Source: Felis catus
Taxonomy: Eukaryota
Assembly: GCF_018350175.1 (NCBI RefSeq)
Contig: NC_058383.1
Span: 11,596,001 to 11,660,000 of the forward strand
Reading direction: 5' to 3'
Length of the DNA stretch: 64,000 bases
Shown: positions 23,772 through 36,744 of the stretch, in pieces
Layout of the letters: each line of letters opens with the position of its first letter
How positions within the stretch are numbered: position 1 is the first letter of the stretch
Position numbers and translations under genes: made by a program
Notes under the pieces: generated by a model
The model's input: only the letters and a program-made list of their open reading frames with translations
What the model was told of the DNA's origin: nothing
The model's database searches: none

Positions 23772-23962
23772 GTGGCACCTGAGTGGCTCAGTCGGTTGAG
23801 TCGGGGACTCTTGATTTGGGCTCAGGTCGTGACCTTGTGGTTCGTGGGATCAAGCCCCTCATGGGGTTCTGCACGGACAGCGCGGAGCCTGCTTGGGATT
23901 CTCTCTCTGCCCCTCCCCCTCTCTAAACAAACAAACAAACAAACAAACACACTTAAAGAAAT
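23772..23962 (+). mobile_element. Can-SINE, older and diverged
   Basis: ggcacctgagtggctcagtcgg head, (CAAA)n tail. Confidence 0.88.
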
Positions 23963-24769
23963 AAATGTAAAACAGTAAACAGTAGGAAAACGAGAAGAAA
24001 ATAGAGTTGACCATATAACACCCTCTTGGATGGGGCAGACGTCCATGGTTCGGAAGCAGTACAAGGAGCCACAAAAGGAGCGATCCAAAAGAGCAGGAAG
24101 ATATTTCAAGGCAGATAAACTGGGAAACCCTTGCCACAAACATGGCTTCAAAAGAGTGCTGTTGTTACTTGTAATTAATCAATTCATTCAACATTTATTG
24201 GGCCGGCTGCTAGAGATGTGGGGATCAAATGTCAGCGTGCCAAGGGCCACCGTGAAGCGGGAGATAGAAATCATCATTCTTGCTTCTGACTGTCGGTTTG
24301 TTCACCTACGATGGCGGTGGGGGGACGGGGCTTCTCCGTACACATTTGTACCTGTGATAAGAAAAGCACTAGGATATCGATGGTAACGGACAAAGGACGA
24401 GAACTAGCAACTTACAAAGGAGGAAGTAGGTTTGGTTAAAAATAGTATGCCACTCTCAATCTCGCTAATAACAATTGCAGTGAAAATTAAAAATGAGCTA
24501 GTTCCAGGCTATGAAATGATCAGAATTAAATGATAACACACAAGGCTATCGCAGATGTAGAGAGAGAAGTAATGTCATGTGCCTGAAAATAAATAAAAGG
24601 TCTTTGGGCAATGTTTTGACAATATTTACCGAGAGTCTTTAAAATGTCCGTGTTGTTTGACAGTAATTATACTTCTAGAAACTTATGCAAAGGAAATCAT
24701 CAAAGATGCAGGCAGAGACATGCATAAGAATATTCATGACTATATTCTCCTGAAAAAAATAAGTTTTTT

Positions 24770-24958
24770 TTAAGGTTTATTTATTTATTTTGAGAGAGAC
24801 ACAGACAGCGTGAGTTGGGGGAGGGGCAGAGGTGAGGTCAGAGAATCCCAAGCAGGCTCTGAGCTGCCAGCACAAGCCTGACACGGGGCTTGAACTCACA
24901 AAGCACGAGGTGAAACCAATTGTCAGACGCTTAACCAACCGAGCCACCCAGGCGCCCC
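24770..24958 (-). mobile_element. Can-SINE
   Basis: TSD aaaaataagtttt. Confidence 0.9.
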
Positions 24959-26804
24959 AAGAAAAATAAGTTTTAATGTCCCACAACGGGCAAGTGGATA
25001 ATTAAATGGAGACATATCTGTGAAATAGTTTATTTTGAGTAAAAGTCGTGATACCACGAGTTTGAAGAATACTTAATAGATATGCTCATGATACAAACTA
25101 TATATGAGTGTTATGATCTCAATTTGGTGAGGTGAAGTAAATATTTATTTGTATGTTCGAAAATATTTATTTGATCTATTCCCAAAATTCCTCTAATGAT
25201 AACAATACACGGATATGATAACACTTTTAAAGAATGTACGTACGGATCAATTCAACAAGCTCATCTGAATTTTAGAAATGTTAACATCTTCTGAAAACAA
25301 AAAAAAATGGGTATTTTGGAGTAGGAGAAACATGGTTTGGGCACACAGCTCTACATAGGGCGCAGAGAAAAGGCAAAGAAGGAGGCTTGGCAGAATGTTG
25401 GTTGGTTATGTGTGGGTGGGTCGGGTGTGTTTTGTCCGACAGACACGAAATCCATGGGGTTTTCCCCTCCCCTAGAGTGTGATGTCCACAAATCGCCCGC
25501 ACCTCCTGTTTCTCCAGAAGATTCTGGGTGTCCCTTGGCTTCACTTTTAGAAAGATCCCCTTTGACTCCATGAAGGGGGCTTCTTCCTGAGGAGCGGGAG
25601 AAATACTAGAGAATCCAACATGGGTTTCGAAGGTGGAGAAGGACAACCCTGGGTTCACCAGCGCTGAGTCCCCGGGGATAAAAGACAGTCACCGTTTCCG
25701 GGACTTACAGGGCCAACCTGCACCCCTGGGGCTGAGGCACCCTGAGAGCAGGGCTGAGTGGGAACCAGAGAAGGGAGCAGTGGAGTCTGTGTCCCCGGGT
25801 GTCCGCATTCAGGGCTCCTGGCCACGGAAAGAAACCTCTTCCTGGTGAAATAGAGAAGGTTGCTTAACATTTTGGTGGCAGTTCGTGGAAACACGACTTT
25901 CCCATCAATCGGGCACCAGGCAGGGGCCACCAGCCCCCAACACAGGCAAGGAGAGTAGTAGCCAAGGCAGAGGCTCCAGTGCCAATGCCTCTTGAGTGCA
26001 GAAATCAAATTCTCCCGTTTTGGACAATGTGGGGAGAAGAAAAGCCTCACGAGGAAAAACGAGGTGTCCCGCCAGTTAGACGCAAAGCGGTTCCGTTATT
26101 CACTGGAAAAATCAAGGCGACGAGACAAACCTTGGGCGTCCTATGGTTGTGAAGCGGTCATACCCATTATTCTAAGAAGAGTGTAGAATGTTTCATATAA
26201 ACAACAACAAGTCTCAAACCACCCCACCTCCCGCCCCAATAGTTAAGCAAATTGGGGGGCTGTCCCGTGGAATCTGCACAGCAGAGGTGGGGTTTAAGCC
26301 CAACTTGGCCATGCAGGTAACCAGGGGGGTGTGTGGGCCCTTCAGAAACACGTGCGAACATTTGATCCCTTAGAGGCCCTCCCTTTCATGACCTGAGAGT
26401 GTGTGGCACATCAGCTCCCTCCCAGCACCCTCCCCCGAAGCTCTACCTTGGGTCTCTGGGGTGTTTGGCCGGCCGGCCCGTCGTCACACACCTGCTCCTA
26501 CCTGGGCATACGGAGCCGAGTGTTTCTGACATCGACAGGCTATCCTGAGCTTCTGGATGGCTTTGAGCAGAGAAATCTTCATCCCGAAGCAACAGACACC
26601 CTTCTGTACCCCAGGCACTGAATAAATCAGTGGAGATCTCAAACTCCATAATTTTAACCAAGCCACCTCTGATGGCTGTGGCAATTTGCTCTCTCGCGGG
26701 TTAGCGACCAGCCATAATTGATGAGGAAACTGACAGCCCCGTGTGTCCCTTCACTACATTTGTCATTAGGCGGCTGGCTTATTCTTTATCCTTGGCCTGT
26801 CACC

Positions 26805-26805
<1 letters not shown>

Positions 26806-26850
<45 letters not shown>
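26806..26850. repeat. (TC)n microsatellite
   Basis: Direct reading. Confidence 0.95.
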
Positions 26851-26854
<4 letters not shown>

Positions 26855-27204
26855 GTCCCTCTCTCCCTGGGCACTGGTGGAGCAAATGAATCGCCTCCTC
26901 TCCCTACAGACAAGATCCATAAAGCCATAACATGTTTTTAAGGCAATTCAGCTTTTTGAAAAAAAAATGCATAATTGGAGAGTTCCAAAATAATTAGTTT
27001 ATTGTACTGGGTCTGTAAAAAATGAACTTGCGTCTCATTTACGAGCCATTAGATCCCATGTTCTATGAGCCTGGTTGCTATTAATGCCACCCACATAAAA
27101 TTTAGCATTCTTTATTAAAACGTGTCACAATTGAGGATCTCTTGTCCCCAGCCCCCGCGACTGGGAGCAGGGCTGTGTTGTGCTGAGAATTCCTTCCAGA
27201 GCCT

Positions 27205-27375
27205 TGTTTATTCATTTTTTTTGTGCTAAAATGTACCTAACATAAAGCTCACCGTCTTAACCATTTTAAGTGTGCAGTTCAGGGGTCCTGAGTGCATTCA
27301 CGCTGTTGTACAGCCTTCACTGTCGTCCATCTCCAGACCTCTTTTTGTTCTTGGAAAACCGAAACTCTGCCCCTA
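27205..27375 (-). mobile_element. Old LINE-1 (L1MB-like) 3' end
   Basis: ttaaccattttaagtgtgcagttcag...cattcacgctgttgtacag...gaaactctg. Confidence 0.75.
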
Positions 27376-27377
27376 TT

Positions 27378-27866
27378 CGGGAATAGTGGAGAAATGCAAT
27401 CCGGGACAAGCAAGCTATGGCAAAACAAAACAAAACAAAACAAAACAAAACAAAACAAAACAAAACAAAACAAAACAAAGAATAAAAACCAAAAATACCC
27501 CAAACCAACAACAACAACAAAAAACCCCACAGGCAAGCCCACCCAACAATGAAGAACAAACGGTCTTTTATAGAAAAGGAGGGGTCAGGTGAGAGACTGT
27601 TACAAATAAGCCCATTGGAGGAAACTGGGAGCTCGGAGTGTACTGGCTTCTCATTGGCTGAGTGGTGACAGTCTCTCATTGGCTGGGCTGTTGCCGGGGG
27701 AGGAGGAAAGCCTTCCCTCCTCCTGCTGGGGTAGTGAAGTCGCGGCGTCTTGCCAGTAGCCTCTTCTCTTGGCTTTGCAGTTGACCGTGAGTGGTAATGC
27801 ACGGGGACTTCTCCTGCTCGCCTCCCAACTCCATTCGAAACAAGAGTCTCTTTTATTAATTTTCAC
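27378..27866 (-). mobile_element. ERV1-class solo LTR (possibly MER89/MER90-like) with a (CAAAA)n expansion
   Basis: Minus strand starts TGTGAAAATTAAT...aatggagttgggagg, then repeated agccaatgaga and TATAAAA. Confidence 0.7.
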
Positions 27867-29412
27867 AAGGGATGAATACGAATAACGCCAGAACCAAGGC
27901 CTAAGGAGGGAATTGGAATCGGCTGCAGTCCTGGACCGCTGGATGGATGTATTGAGAAGACAGAGAATCTGGGTGTGGGTTGGGTCAGATAAGACTAGCT
28001 ATTCAGCCACCTCTTAGCCCTACAGATGGCTGCCCCGGGTCGAGGGGGGTGAGGTAGGGGGAAGAGACCCCCTCAGTGGAAGGCTAGAAAGGGCAAGACC
28101 TCTGTCCCAGAGCCCAGCGTGTACTATGCATGCCCTCAGCCATGGCCAGAGACGCTGAACATCGGCATGGCGTATTATCCCTTTCTCTCTGCCTGGATGT
28201 CACCAAGGAGCTGGCCGGAAGGTGGTGGAGGGATTTTAGGCAGAAGCCTTGGAGCCTGACACACAGAATGAGACAGTGATACTGCCTCATTTTAGGGAGG
28301 GGAGGTCATCATGGAAGAAGGAGAGCACTCCCCACCCCCACTTTCCCTCTTGAGAGGCTAAGTTGTCTTGATGCTGTGGGCTTACTCCAAGGACAAAAGA
28401 AGAGTCTTCTGTATTTTGGCTCATAGAAGAACACAGCCGGGTTGTCACAAAAGTGTGGAGTCTGAAGAGCAAGGATATCTGAAGTCAGGAACGGAGTGGT
28501 TGCTGAGATCAGTGGGGGATATAGAGGAGGTGCTCCGATGTGGCTCTCCAAGATGGGAAAGACCACCAGAGATGGGATGCTTGGGGGCTGATCTTAAACA
28601 CCAAGGTCACGGGCACCCAAAAGAAGGACCTGCAAAGGCTGGCACGCTGGTGTGTTCTTTGAGTCTCGGAGGCAACCACCGTGGACCAGAGCACGTCCAA
28701 GAATGTATGGAGGGCTTGACCTCCTGTCCACCCCAGGGCGGTCACAACTCCAGTATAACCCTATGGAACAGCAGGGGCCTCGCAAATGCTGACATCTGTA
28801 TCTAAGCAATTTTGTCAGGAGTGTCCAAAACCTAAGTTAGTGTAATCAGAAAAAAAAAAGAAAACCGATAGCATAAGAGCTTTTGGTCCTGAGCGCCGTG
28901 GAGTAGATTCTGTTAGGTAGACAACAGAGCCTTGGAAGGGAAAAATGGCTCCCGAGTATCTAGTGGGAGGTTGTCTTTTACGAGACTCACCAGGGAGAAA
29001 CTCTACAGCTCAGTGCACTAGAGCAAAGCACCGGTGGTATTTAATTTCTCAGAATCAAAAATTTCAATTCCACCAGGTGACTTTTTTCATCGCTCTTTTC
29101 CATCTGATAACAACTGCTTTCGGAAAAGGTGGTTCATGAAGCGGTAAGGTATGGTCAAAGGATGCCAAAAAGGAGACTCTGAAGGAGGGGGGAGGAAGAG
29201 AAGCAGAAAAGGGAAGAGAACAGAGGTCAGCAGGGTATCCCTGGCTGCGACACGGGTTAGCGTGGCGATTTTTGTGCCAACGATTTCGGAGCCCCCACTT
29301 TCTGTACCTGTGAGATGAAGTAATGGAAGTGGATAAAATCTTTTCTTCCAAAACAAATGTACTAGAAGCCGAGTCTGTGAAACAGGCAACAGTAAGCCTG
29401 CTTAGATTGGAG

Positions 29413-29414
<2 letters not shown>

Positions 29415-29450
<36 letters not shown>
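29415..29450. repeat. (TG)n microsatellite
   Basis: Direct reading. Confidence 0.95.
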
Positions 29451-29453
<3 letters not shown>

Positions 29454-30459
29454 AATGCAAAGGTATTAACTCTATTGGGGGCAAATTGGAGAGACTCTAT
29501 GCACCCAGGAAACCTCTCTCTGGTTGAACGTACTCTTCGGTGGGTGGAAGCTGTCTGGAAGGCATCTGGGGGAGGAGATCAGAGGCATTTGGCTCAGGGG
29601 AGGGCCTGCATGAGTATTAGGAATCCCCCAAATGGCCCAGAGTCAAAATGCAGGAGTGACAGGAAAACATATCCAGACCCATGGTGACGTCAACCGGGAA
29701 GTCCCCTTAGATAAAATCCAAAGGATCTGACATGTTTTCACTGGTCTCCCAACATCGTGTCCCAGAGGCTAGAAAAGGCAACCAGAGAACACTACCCCTC
29801 TGGGTTCAACCTCAACCAACAGAGTAGACTTAGTAGGTGAAGTTCAAGAGTGGAGTCCTGAGGATCAGTGGGGACGGCGGTCGGTACCACGGCAGGAGGT
29901 TGAATGGCTTTAGCGAGGCGCCCGAGCCCTGAACGCACGATGTCGCCAAGCCCCGGAGAGGAGGGAAGGAGAACATTCGTTAAGAAACCCGTCTGCCGCG
30001 CTCAGGTATGAAAACAGCACTTTGGGAAGAAGGAGGTGAGGGCACATGGCCCGGGGAGGATCTGCAGGAGAAACGTCAGGAAAAGCAAAGCCCCGCCTGT
30101 CGGGAGCTGCCCCCCAAAGCAGAGGGAAATGCAAGAGGGGTTTTTAGATTATAACTGGAGCAGACGCATGGTCAGATGTGCCGGCCAGGACCCCTGCCGG
30201 CTCTGATGCAGCCCTGAAGGTGGGTGGGAGAGAGGCAGATATGGGGCCCCCATTTGATTTCTGCTTCCTCCGTCCCGAAGGGCAATTTTGGACTCAAAGT
30301 GGGAACTCGGGCCCTGCCAAGGAAGAAGCTGAGGCCTGGAGCAGCCGAGAAGCCGCGTTCTCTGAGGGAGAGACAGCATGCCAGGATTGGAGTGGAGGGT
30401 GCGGGTTTCGAGGCTTGGGACGGGGTCCCGCGCGTGCATCAAATGGGGATCGTAACTCC

Positions 30460-30632
30460 TCTGAAGCTTGTCACCCCACAGCAGCTGCAGCATCGTCTGG
30501 GAGCTTGTCACAGACGCAGCCTCTCAGGTCCCACCCGGCGCTACTGAATCAGAACATCTCAGAGCGGGGCCCCGGGAACCCGTGGTCACTGGCCCTTCAG
30601 GGATCCTGCTGTTCGCGCAGGTTGGAACCTTG
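30460..30632. mobile_element. MER5A-like MITE
   Basis: cagcatcgtctgggagcttgt...ctcaggtcccacc...ctactgaatcagaa. Confidence 0.65.
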
Positions 30633-33017
30633 TCTGTCGGAAGGGCCCGGATGGGAAACTCCCTGGCCCCCTGGGAGACATCCTGAAACTATTAGCTTCT
30701 CGTAGACGAGTTCAGATGTCCTGGCTTGCACCAGCGGCATCCCCAAATCCTGACCGGACTGCGGATGCACTCACCAGAGAGTTCTGTCCGCTGGCAACGT
30801 GCGTTTCCGGAAGAGCCAAGTGGGATACGCTCCAGTCTAACCAGATGGAAAGTTTGCGGCAGGAAGGGATAGGGGACAGTCGCCAGAACGGTTCTCCGCC
30901 TCTGCAAACCCCCGAGCACCTTCCCTCTTTCCCGTAGTCAGCGCGATAAATATAATTGCAAGTGCACAGAGCTCGTACATGCAGGGAAGCGTAAACGATC
31001 TCTCCAGCATCAGAGCACTAATTTTTTAACACAGATGAGATCGGCCTTCGGACTGGGGGAGGGATGGCCCCTTGAAGATCGGCCGTACCATTCAGGGATC
31101 ACTCCCTTTACACATTAGGATGGATTAGAACACGTCAGTATCAATACCGGGCAATTCCCCTGTTGTCACACGTTGTCAGAGGAGCAATTATTTCACGTCT
31201 GAGCCAAAATCTTACTTGGAGGCAAAGTTAATGTAGCATATGGAAGTGTGTGGAAACAGGGTTTGCGTGTCTCGAGAACACAGGCAATTGCCCGCCGCAG
31301 CGCTGGTGAACAGATTTCTTCTACTTCATCTGTTTCACTGTATATGAGACGATCCTTGTTTTGCATGGAAGGGGCCTCAACCCGTCTGAACTCGGGACGA
31401 CATAGCACAGACTCACAGTTCAAAGGTTAAAAGAGAATTGATCCGGGAGCGCTCACCAATCCCTTGCTCTGTTCCCTGCTCTCTGAAGGATAAATCTCTT
31501 TTTCAGATAAATCCAGATTGCTTTTCCAATAGATTGGCTTTTGGCCTCCCTTGCTGGCTCGACTCTGACATAACCCGGACAGCCTCCCTATAGCTATGAA
31601 GAAATCATTTCTAACATCTGAGGTTAATTCACTAAATGAAGCGTTGGATTTTCTCCCACGGAACCGAGAAAAATTGTTTGGACGAGGTCAGAAAAGGCTG
31701 GCGAGCTCAGAGAACATTCCCCGGGGCTCCACCCCTGTGTGAAACTATACTGGACCGCCGTGCTAAATGAACCAACAGCAGCGGAAAAAAATCCTTCGTG
31801 TTTGCATTGCCTTTTATGTTTCGAGCGATTTCTCATTCATTATCCTAAGCGCCTGGCAGGGTTAGTAGGATGGGTGCAATTAGCCCCTTTTGGCAAATGG
31901 GTAGACTGAGGCCAGGGAGTAGAACGCGGCCAGCCACTCCCCCGCCATTTTTTAAAAGAGAGATGTCAGGCTTTATCGTGATGATGCATTTCGGATTCCT
32001 TTGTACCAGAGCATATCGAACAGCAAAATATACTGATTTTTATGCCACATGTCAAGTTCCAAATTTCCAATCCTAGGTAAAAAAGATGTAAAACACAAGT
32101 GCTGACCATTTAACTGTTGGCCGTGTCTTCCGGGGAAGGGCCCCTGCTGGTCTTTGCCACTGGACTGAGGTCCCTTGGCAATCAGCAAGACTGGTTCCAG
32201 TGATTGCAGAAGGGAAAGGGGAAGAAAGAGATGTGACCATCTCATTATCCCAGCACAGGGGAATCCAGCTGCCGGGGCTTGGGCTACCCCTCCCTCCAAG
32301 CCTCAGGATCCCCGGCATTATCGTGTTCCTTACAAGCATTTTATCTGGGGAAAGACTTCCAGTTCTCTCGGAAGGGCCACCCAGCGTAAAGGATTCCTTG
32401 ATTGGAATGAACCTGTTAACCCACATTATAACTTGGTGGCAGATCTCTCCCTCTCTCCCTGAAGATTGGGAGAGAGGGGAAGAAAGTCAAGAGCTGGGGC
32501 ATATGCAAGGGTCCTGGGGTGGGCGGGGGCTGAAGTGGGCATCCTGCCCTAGCAGGTGTCTGAAGGCCCTTGATATATACACGTGTTTTCTTTGTGTGCA
32601 AGAGGGTGGCCTCCCAAGAGCCAGAAGAATGAGACTTTCATGAACTCCTTCGCCTTTTGTGGTCCGAAAAGAAACTACAAGACGTGGATGGTTGACCAAC
32701 CTCTAGAACATGGCACAAGGGAGAAAGTGTTAGGCTTCTGATGACCACCCGAAGCCAACTTCAAGCCGTCTTGAAAATCTACCAGAATTCTCTGTGCTGA
32801 CAATATTTGGAGAGTCCTTGTTAGTTATCCTTAATCTTCAGCGAAAAAAGTGTGTGTTATGCGTTGAATGACGTCCTCCCCAAATTCATATGTTCGCGTC
32901 CTAACCCCCAGCACTTCAGAATGTGGCTGTATTTGGAGACAGCATCTTTAAAGGGAGAACCAACTTAAAACGAGGTCATTAGGGTGGGCCCACTGGTGTC
33001 CTTATAAAGAGGGGGAA

Positions 33018-33230
33018 GGGTACCTGGGTGGTTCAGTGGGTTGAGCGACCGACTTCAGCTCAGGTCATGATCTCACGGTATGTGAGTTTGAACCCCACGT
33101 CGGGCTCTGTGCTGACGGCTCAGAGCCCGGATCCTGCTTCGGATTCTGTGTCTCCCTCGCTCTCTGCCCCTCCCCCACTCATGCTCTGTCTCTCTGTTTC
33201 TCAAGAATAAATAAACATTAGAAAAAAATT
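33018..33230 (+). mobile_element. Can-SINE
   Basis: TSD aagagggggaa at 33007-33017 and 33231-33241. Confidence 0.93.
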
Positions 33231-33465
33231 AAGAGGGGGAAATTTGGACACAGAGAAAGACACACATAGAGGGGGCTGATGTGGAGACCCAGGGAGAGGG
33301 GGCCGTTTACCAACCGAGAAGGGAGGCCTGGAACAGATTCTCCTCCCAGCCCTCAGAAGGAACCACCCCAGCCCCACACCTTGACCTCAGGCTTCTGGCT
33401 TCCGGAACCATGAAACCATACGTTTCTGCTGCTGGAGCCCCGCTCCCGGCCGACTGTAGTGCTTT

Positions 33466-33680
33466 TTTTTTTTTTTTTTTTTTTTAAAGTTTATGTATTT
33501 ATTTTTGAGAGGGACATAGAGTGAGCGAGGGAGGGGCAGAGAGAGAGACACAGAATCCGAAGCAGGCTCCGGGCTCCGAGCGGTCAGCAGAGCCCGACGC
33601 GGGGCTCGAACTCACAAATGGCGAGCTCATGACCTGAGCCGAAGTCAGACGCTTAACCGACCGAGCCACCCAGGCGCCCC
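33466..33680 (-). mobile_element. Can-SINE
   Basis: TSD tgtagtgcttt. Confidence 0.93.
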
Positions 33681-33734
33681 ATGTAGTGCTTTGTCATGGC
33701 AGCCCTCCTAAACAAATATAATGTTGTCACAACA

Positions 33735-34040
33735 CAAATGGCTGCTACAGCATGGATGAACCTCGAAAACATGACGCTGAGTGAAAGACACCGGGTACTA
33801 AGGGGCAGCTGTGGTGTGATTCCATTTCTATGAAATACCCCGGGGGAGCTCAATCCATAGGGACCGGAAACCTGATTAGTGGTTGGCAGAGGCTGGGAGA
33901 CGGTGGGGGAGAGGAGTGATCGGGGGTCTCCTTTGGAGGGGGACGGGGATGCAAATATTCTGTGCATGTGTTACGGGATCAACGAGTCACGCGCTTCAAA
34001 TGGTTTGTCTTCTGTTATGTGAATTCCGCCTCGGTTTAAG
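33735..34040 (+). mobile_element. Old LINE-1 (L1MB-like) 3' end
   Basis: catggatgaacctcgaaaacatgacgctgagtgaaaga...tgattccatttctatgaaat...gattagtggttg. Confidence 0.8.
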
Positions 34041-34094
34041 CCTAAGAAGACGGCCCTCTTATCCTTGGAAGATGAGAGCCACGTTGAGAAGGGT

Positions 34095-34720
34095 GGCCTC
34101 GTGGACCCGGTGCCATCCGACGCGGCTTGCCTCCAGGGAGTGGGCAGTGGCCGTGCTTCCTTGAAAGGAAGCAGAAGTGAGCGCAGGCCGGTGGGGGACG
34201 AGCGGGGGGACCAGAGACCAGTCTGCTTCAAGCGGCCATGGCGTTGGACAGGCCCCGTCGAGCGAAGGGAATAGGGAGCCGCTCAACCCGACCCTGTGTT
34301 GCAACCGCGCTGTGCCCTCCACACGGTCCGCAGGGGTCCCCCCCGGGGCCGACGTGCGTCCCGGGCCGCCCGGGCATCTTTTGAGCACCCTTGTTGTGTC
34401 AGGACCTTTCCAAGCTTTGGAGTCTGGCCTCCCAAGACAGAAGCTGGGATTTTTTTTTTTCCAGGCTCCCTCCCAACTAGGGCGCGGTGATGCTGACCAG
34501 ATGTGACTGCCCGCGATCAATTGAGTAGGCGGTGACCCGAGGAAGGAGGCTCTTTGCAGAATTGATTTGTGGTGGGGGTGGGGGAGGGTGTGCGGCATTC
34601 AGAGGCGGCTGAATAGGGCCCACGATTGGGGTCCCCGGCCCCGTGGTGCGGGGGTGGTTTGTAGGTGGAGGGATCAGTTCTAGAATGCTAGGTGGACGGT
34701 GCTCCCGGCCGCAGAGCCCC
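34095..34720. promoter_or_regulatory. CpG-island-like GC-rich segment
   Basis: Roughly 30 CpGs by eye in 34100-34380; not attributable to a repeat I recognise. Confidence 0.5.
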
Positions 34721-36254
34721 CCATCCTTGACCCTGTGAGCCCTGGTGGCCGTTCTCAGGCTGCGTTTTGTGCCTGAAAAGAGTGGGGTCTGGTCAGGGAG
34801 AACCTCGGCTGGAGTAGCTCACCAGCCCGGTTCTGGACAACTTGCTTGTCCCGAAGGCAGACGACCGTGACCGTGTGGGTGCCCTTCGCCCTTGCCCTGC
34901 TTCTCTGCTTGTCCTCCCCACGCGAGGGGGGCCCTGTCACCATCGCCTGCCAGGCCGCCTCGTGACTTTCTCCCTGCTTTAGGCCACACATCCCCTGGAC
35001 ATCGCTTTCGAGGTCAGAAAGGACTGGACCCCTAGGGCAGGAATGACAGACACATCATGTGTTCCACAAATTGTCACATTAATCGAGCGGAGAATGTCAT
35101 CCTGCCCAGCCTGGGTATGACCTCGGGGCCCTTTTCACCACACACTTCTCTGCGTCCAGCGCTGACAGAGGCCTCGGTAGTCAAATCTTGCCACCCCTGC
35201 CCTCGAGTCTTGCCTTCAGACACCTGACGGGTGACGACGGGGAGGGAGAAAGGCTTTTAAGTGATCATATGGAAGTCTCACGAGCAGGGACTTCCAGTCA
35301 CCCTTCTGAACTATTCCAGAACATCCTGCTGTGGTCGTTGGGGCGTCAGCAACAAAGGTGCTTATATAGACGACGTGTGCGTGGTCAGGGAATTTCAAAG
35401 AAGGCGCGTGCCCTATGAAATCCGCAGGCCTCGTCATGGGGGACAGAGGGAGCCGGTCCAGGTGGCGTTTGTCTGGCTCTGGGAGCCCCCCGCAGATGCC
35501 AGGCCAGGGAAGATGTGAAGCATTTGCTCCGAAGGCCAGGTTGGGAGGGGCCCAGCAGACGGCACCAGGGGCTTGTCCCGTGACACCGTGCACCTGGTTG
35601 GACCCTCTGCCATTTCCTGGCAAAGGGTCCTGTGCCCCAGCCCCGGGGAGGAACACGCAAGCATTGAACTTGGCTTCGTCTCCCGTGCATGGAGGGCCTC
35701 GGGGTCCCACAGCCACGGATTTTCCAATGTAGACGCCGTTAGCTTTGGGGGCAGGGCCATCCTTTCTAAGCGTCCTTGGCCCGGTAAGGATCCTTAGGGC
35801 TCCTCTTCCCCTCCCCCCAGGTCGTGGGGGCCACCCGGCGTCTCATCGCACGTCTCCAAACCAGGCTGCCTCGGGTGAGGAAGCGGAGAGGGAACGGGAA
35901 GGAGGTGTGTCCAAACTCACAGCCGCAGAGGTGGGCGAAATGAGATCCCAACCCTCTTAGTCCAGAGCTCTCTGCCCGGGAGCCATCGCATGTGGACACG
36001 TGTGCGTGCGCCCGTGTGCGTGTAAGGGGGGGTGTATATGTGACCCGCTCCACGCTGTCAAGCCGATCAGGAGACTTGACTCCCAGGCAGCGTGGGCTGA
36101 ACTGGCTGTCACCTGCAGAGTAATGCCAGGGACATTATGAGGGGCAGGTGGCAAAAGAGAATGCAGGAGAAGAAATTGCTGTCCGGTGGTCTTTCTGGTT
36201 GCTGTTCTTTTGCAGACTCTGAAAATCTGACCTGGGCTAAGAGACTACAGCTTT

Positions 36255-36256
<2 letters not shown>

Positions 36257-36324
<68 letters not shown>

Positions 36325-36327
36325 ACA
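36257..36327. repeat. Compound (TC)n(AC)n microsatellite
   Basis: Direct reading. Confidence 0.95.
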
Positions 36328-36744
36328 AGTAAATAGATAAATATAGAAGGTGGTGCCCATGTTAATGAACTCAGTGGGGGAATCCCTCCACAGTGTTTAC
36401 GGGGATCATATCACACACACTTTAAATAGTTTACGGTTTTGTTAATTACGCACCAAAAAGAAACAGTAGAAAAGAGAAGCAGGAAAGGAACTCTGACCCA
36501 CAGAGTGCTTTCAATTTGCAAGGGCGCCTTGACGGCTCTCGTCAGGGCTCCTGACGCTCCTACTGGCTATCCCCTCCGGCTGTACGCCTATTTCTTCCAT
36601 CCTTCGTGTCCCCTGCACAGTTACTGTGCACTGGGCCGGGCCCCAACGTGGGGGCGCACAGGGCTTGGGAAGCCAGACAGATCCAGCTCTGTTAGCTGAG
36701 ACTTCTGAGGATGTGAGCCGGGGCTCGGAGCCTCTGTTTTCTTA

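Larger units (their letters stand above)
32855..33720 (+). mobile_element. MLT1B-like solo LTR carrying two SINE insertions
   Basis: tgttatgcgttgaat...caaattcatatgtt...gaggtcattagggtgggcc...ggaacagattctcctcccagccctcagaaggaacca...ggcagccctcctaaacaaatata. Confidence 0.88.

Noticed and set aside
35261..35518. ORF containing QG...AYIDDVCVV, resembling an RT catalytic motif
   Set aside because: By a rough codon-frequency estimate, about one Y-hydrophobic-DD is expected by chance in six frames of 64 kb. Further similarity needs frameshifts and there is no flanking retroelement context. An RT HMM hit would reverse this.
34059..35797. Cluster of overlapping 100-180 aa ORFs
   Set aside because: Expected in GC-rich DNA on both strands; no recognisable domain or exon structure
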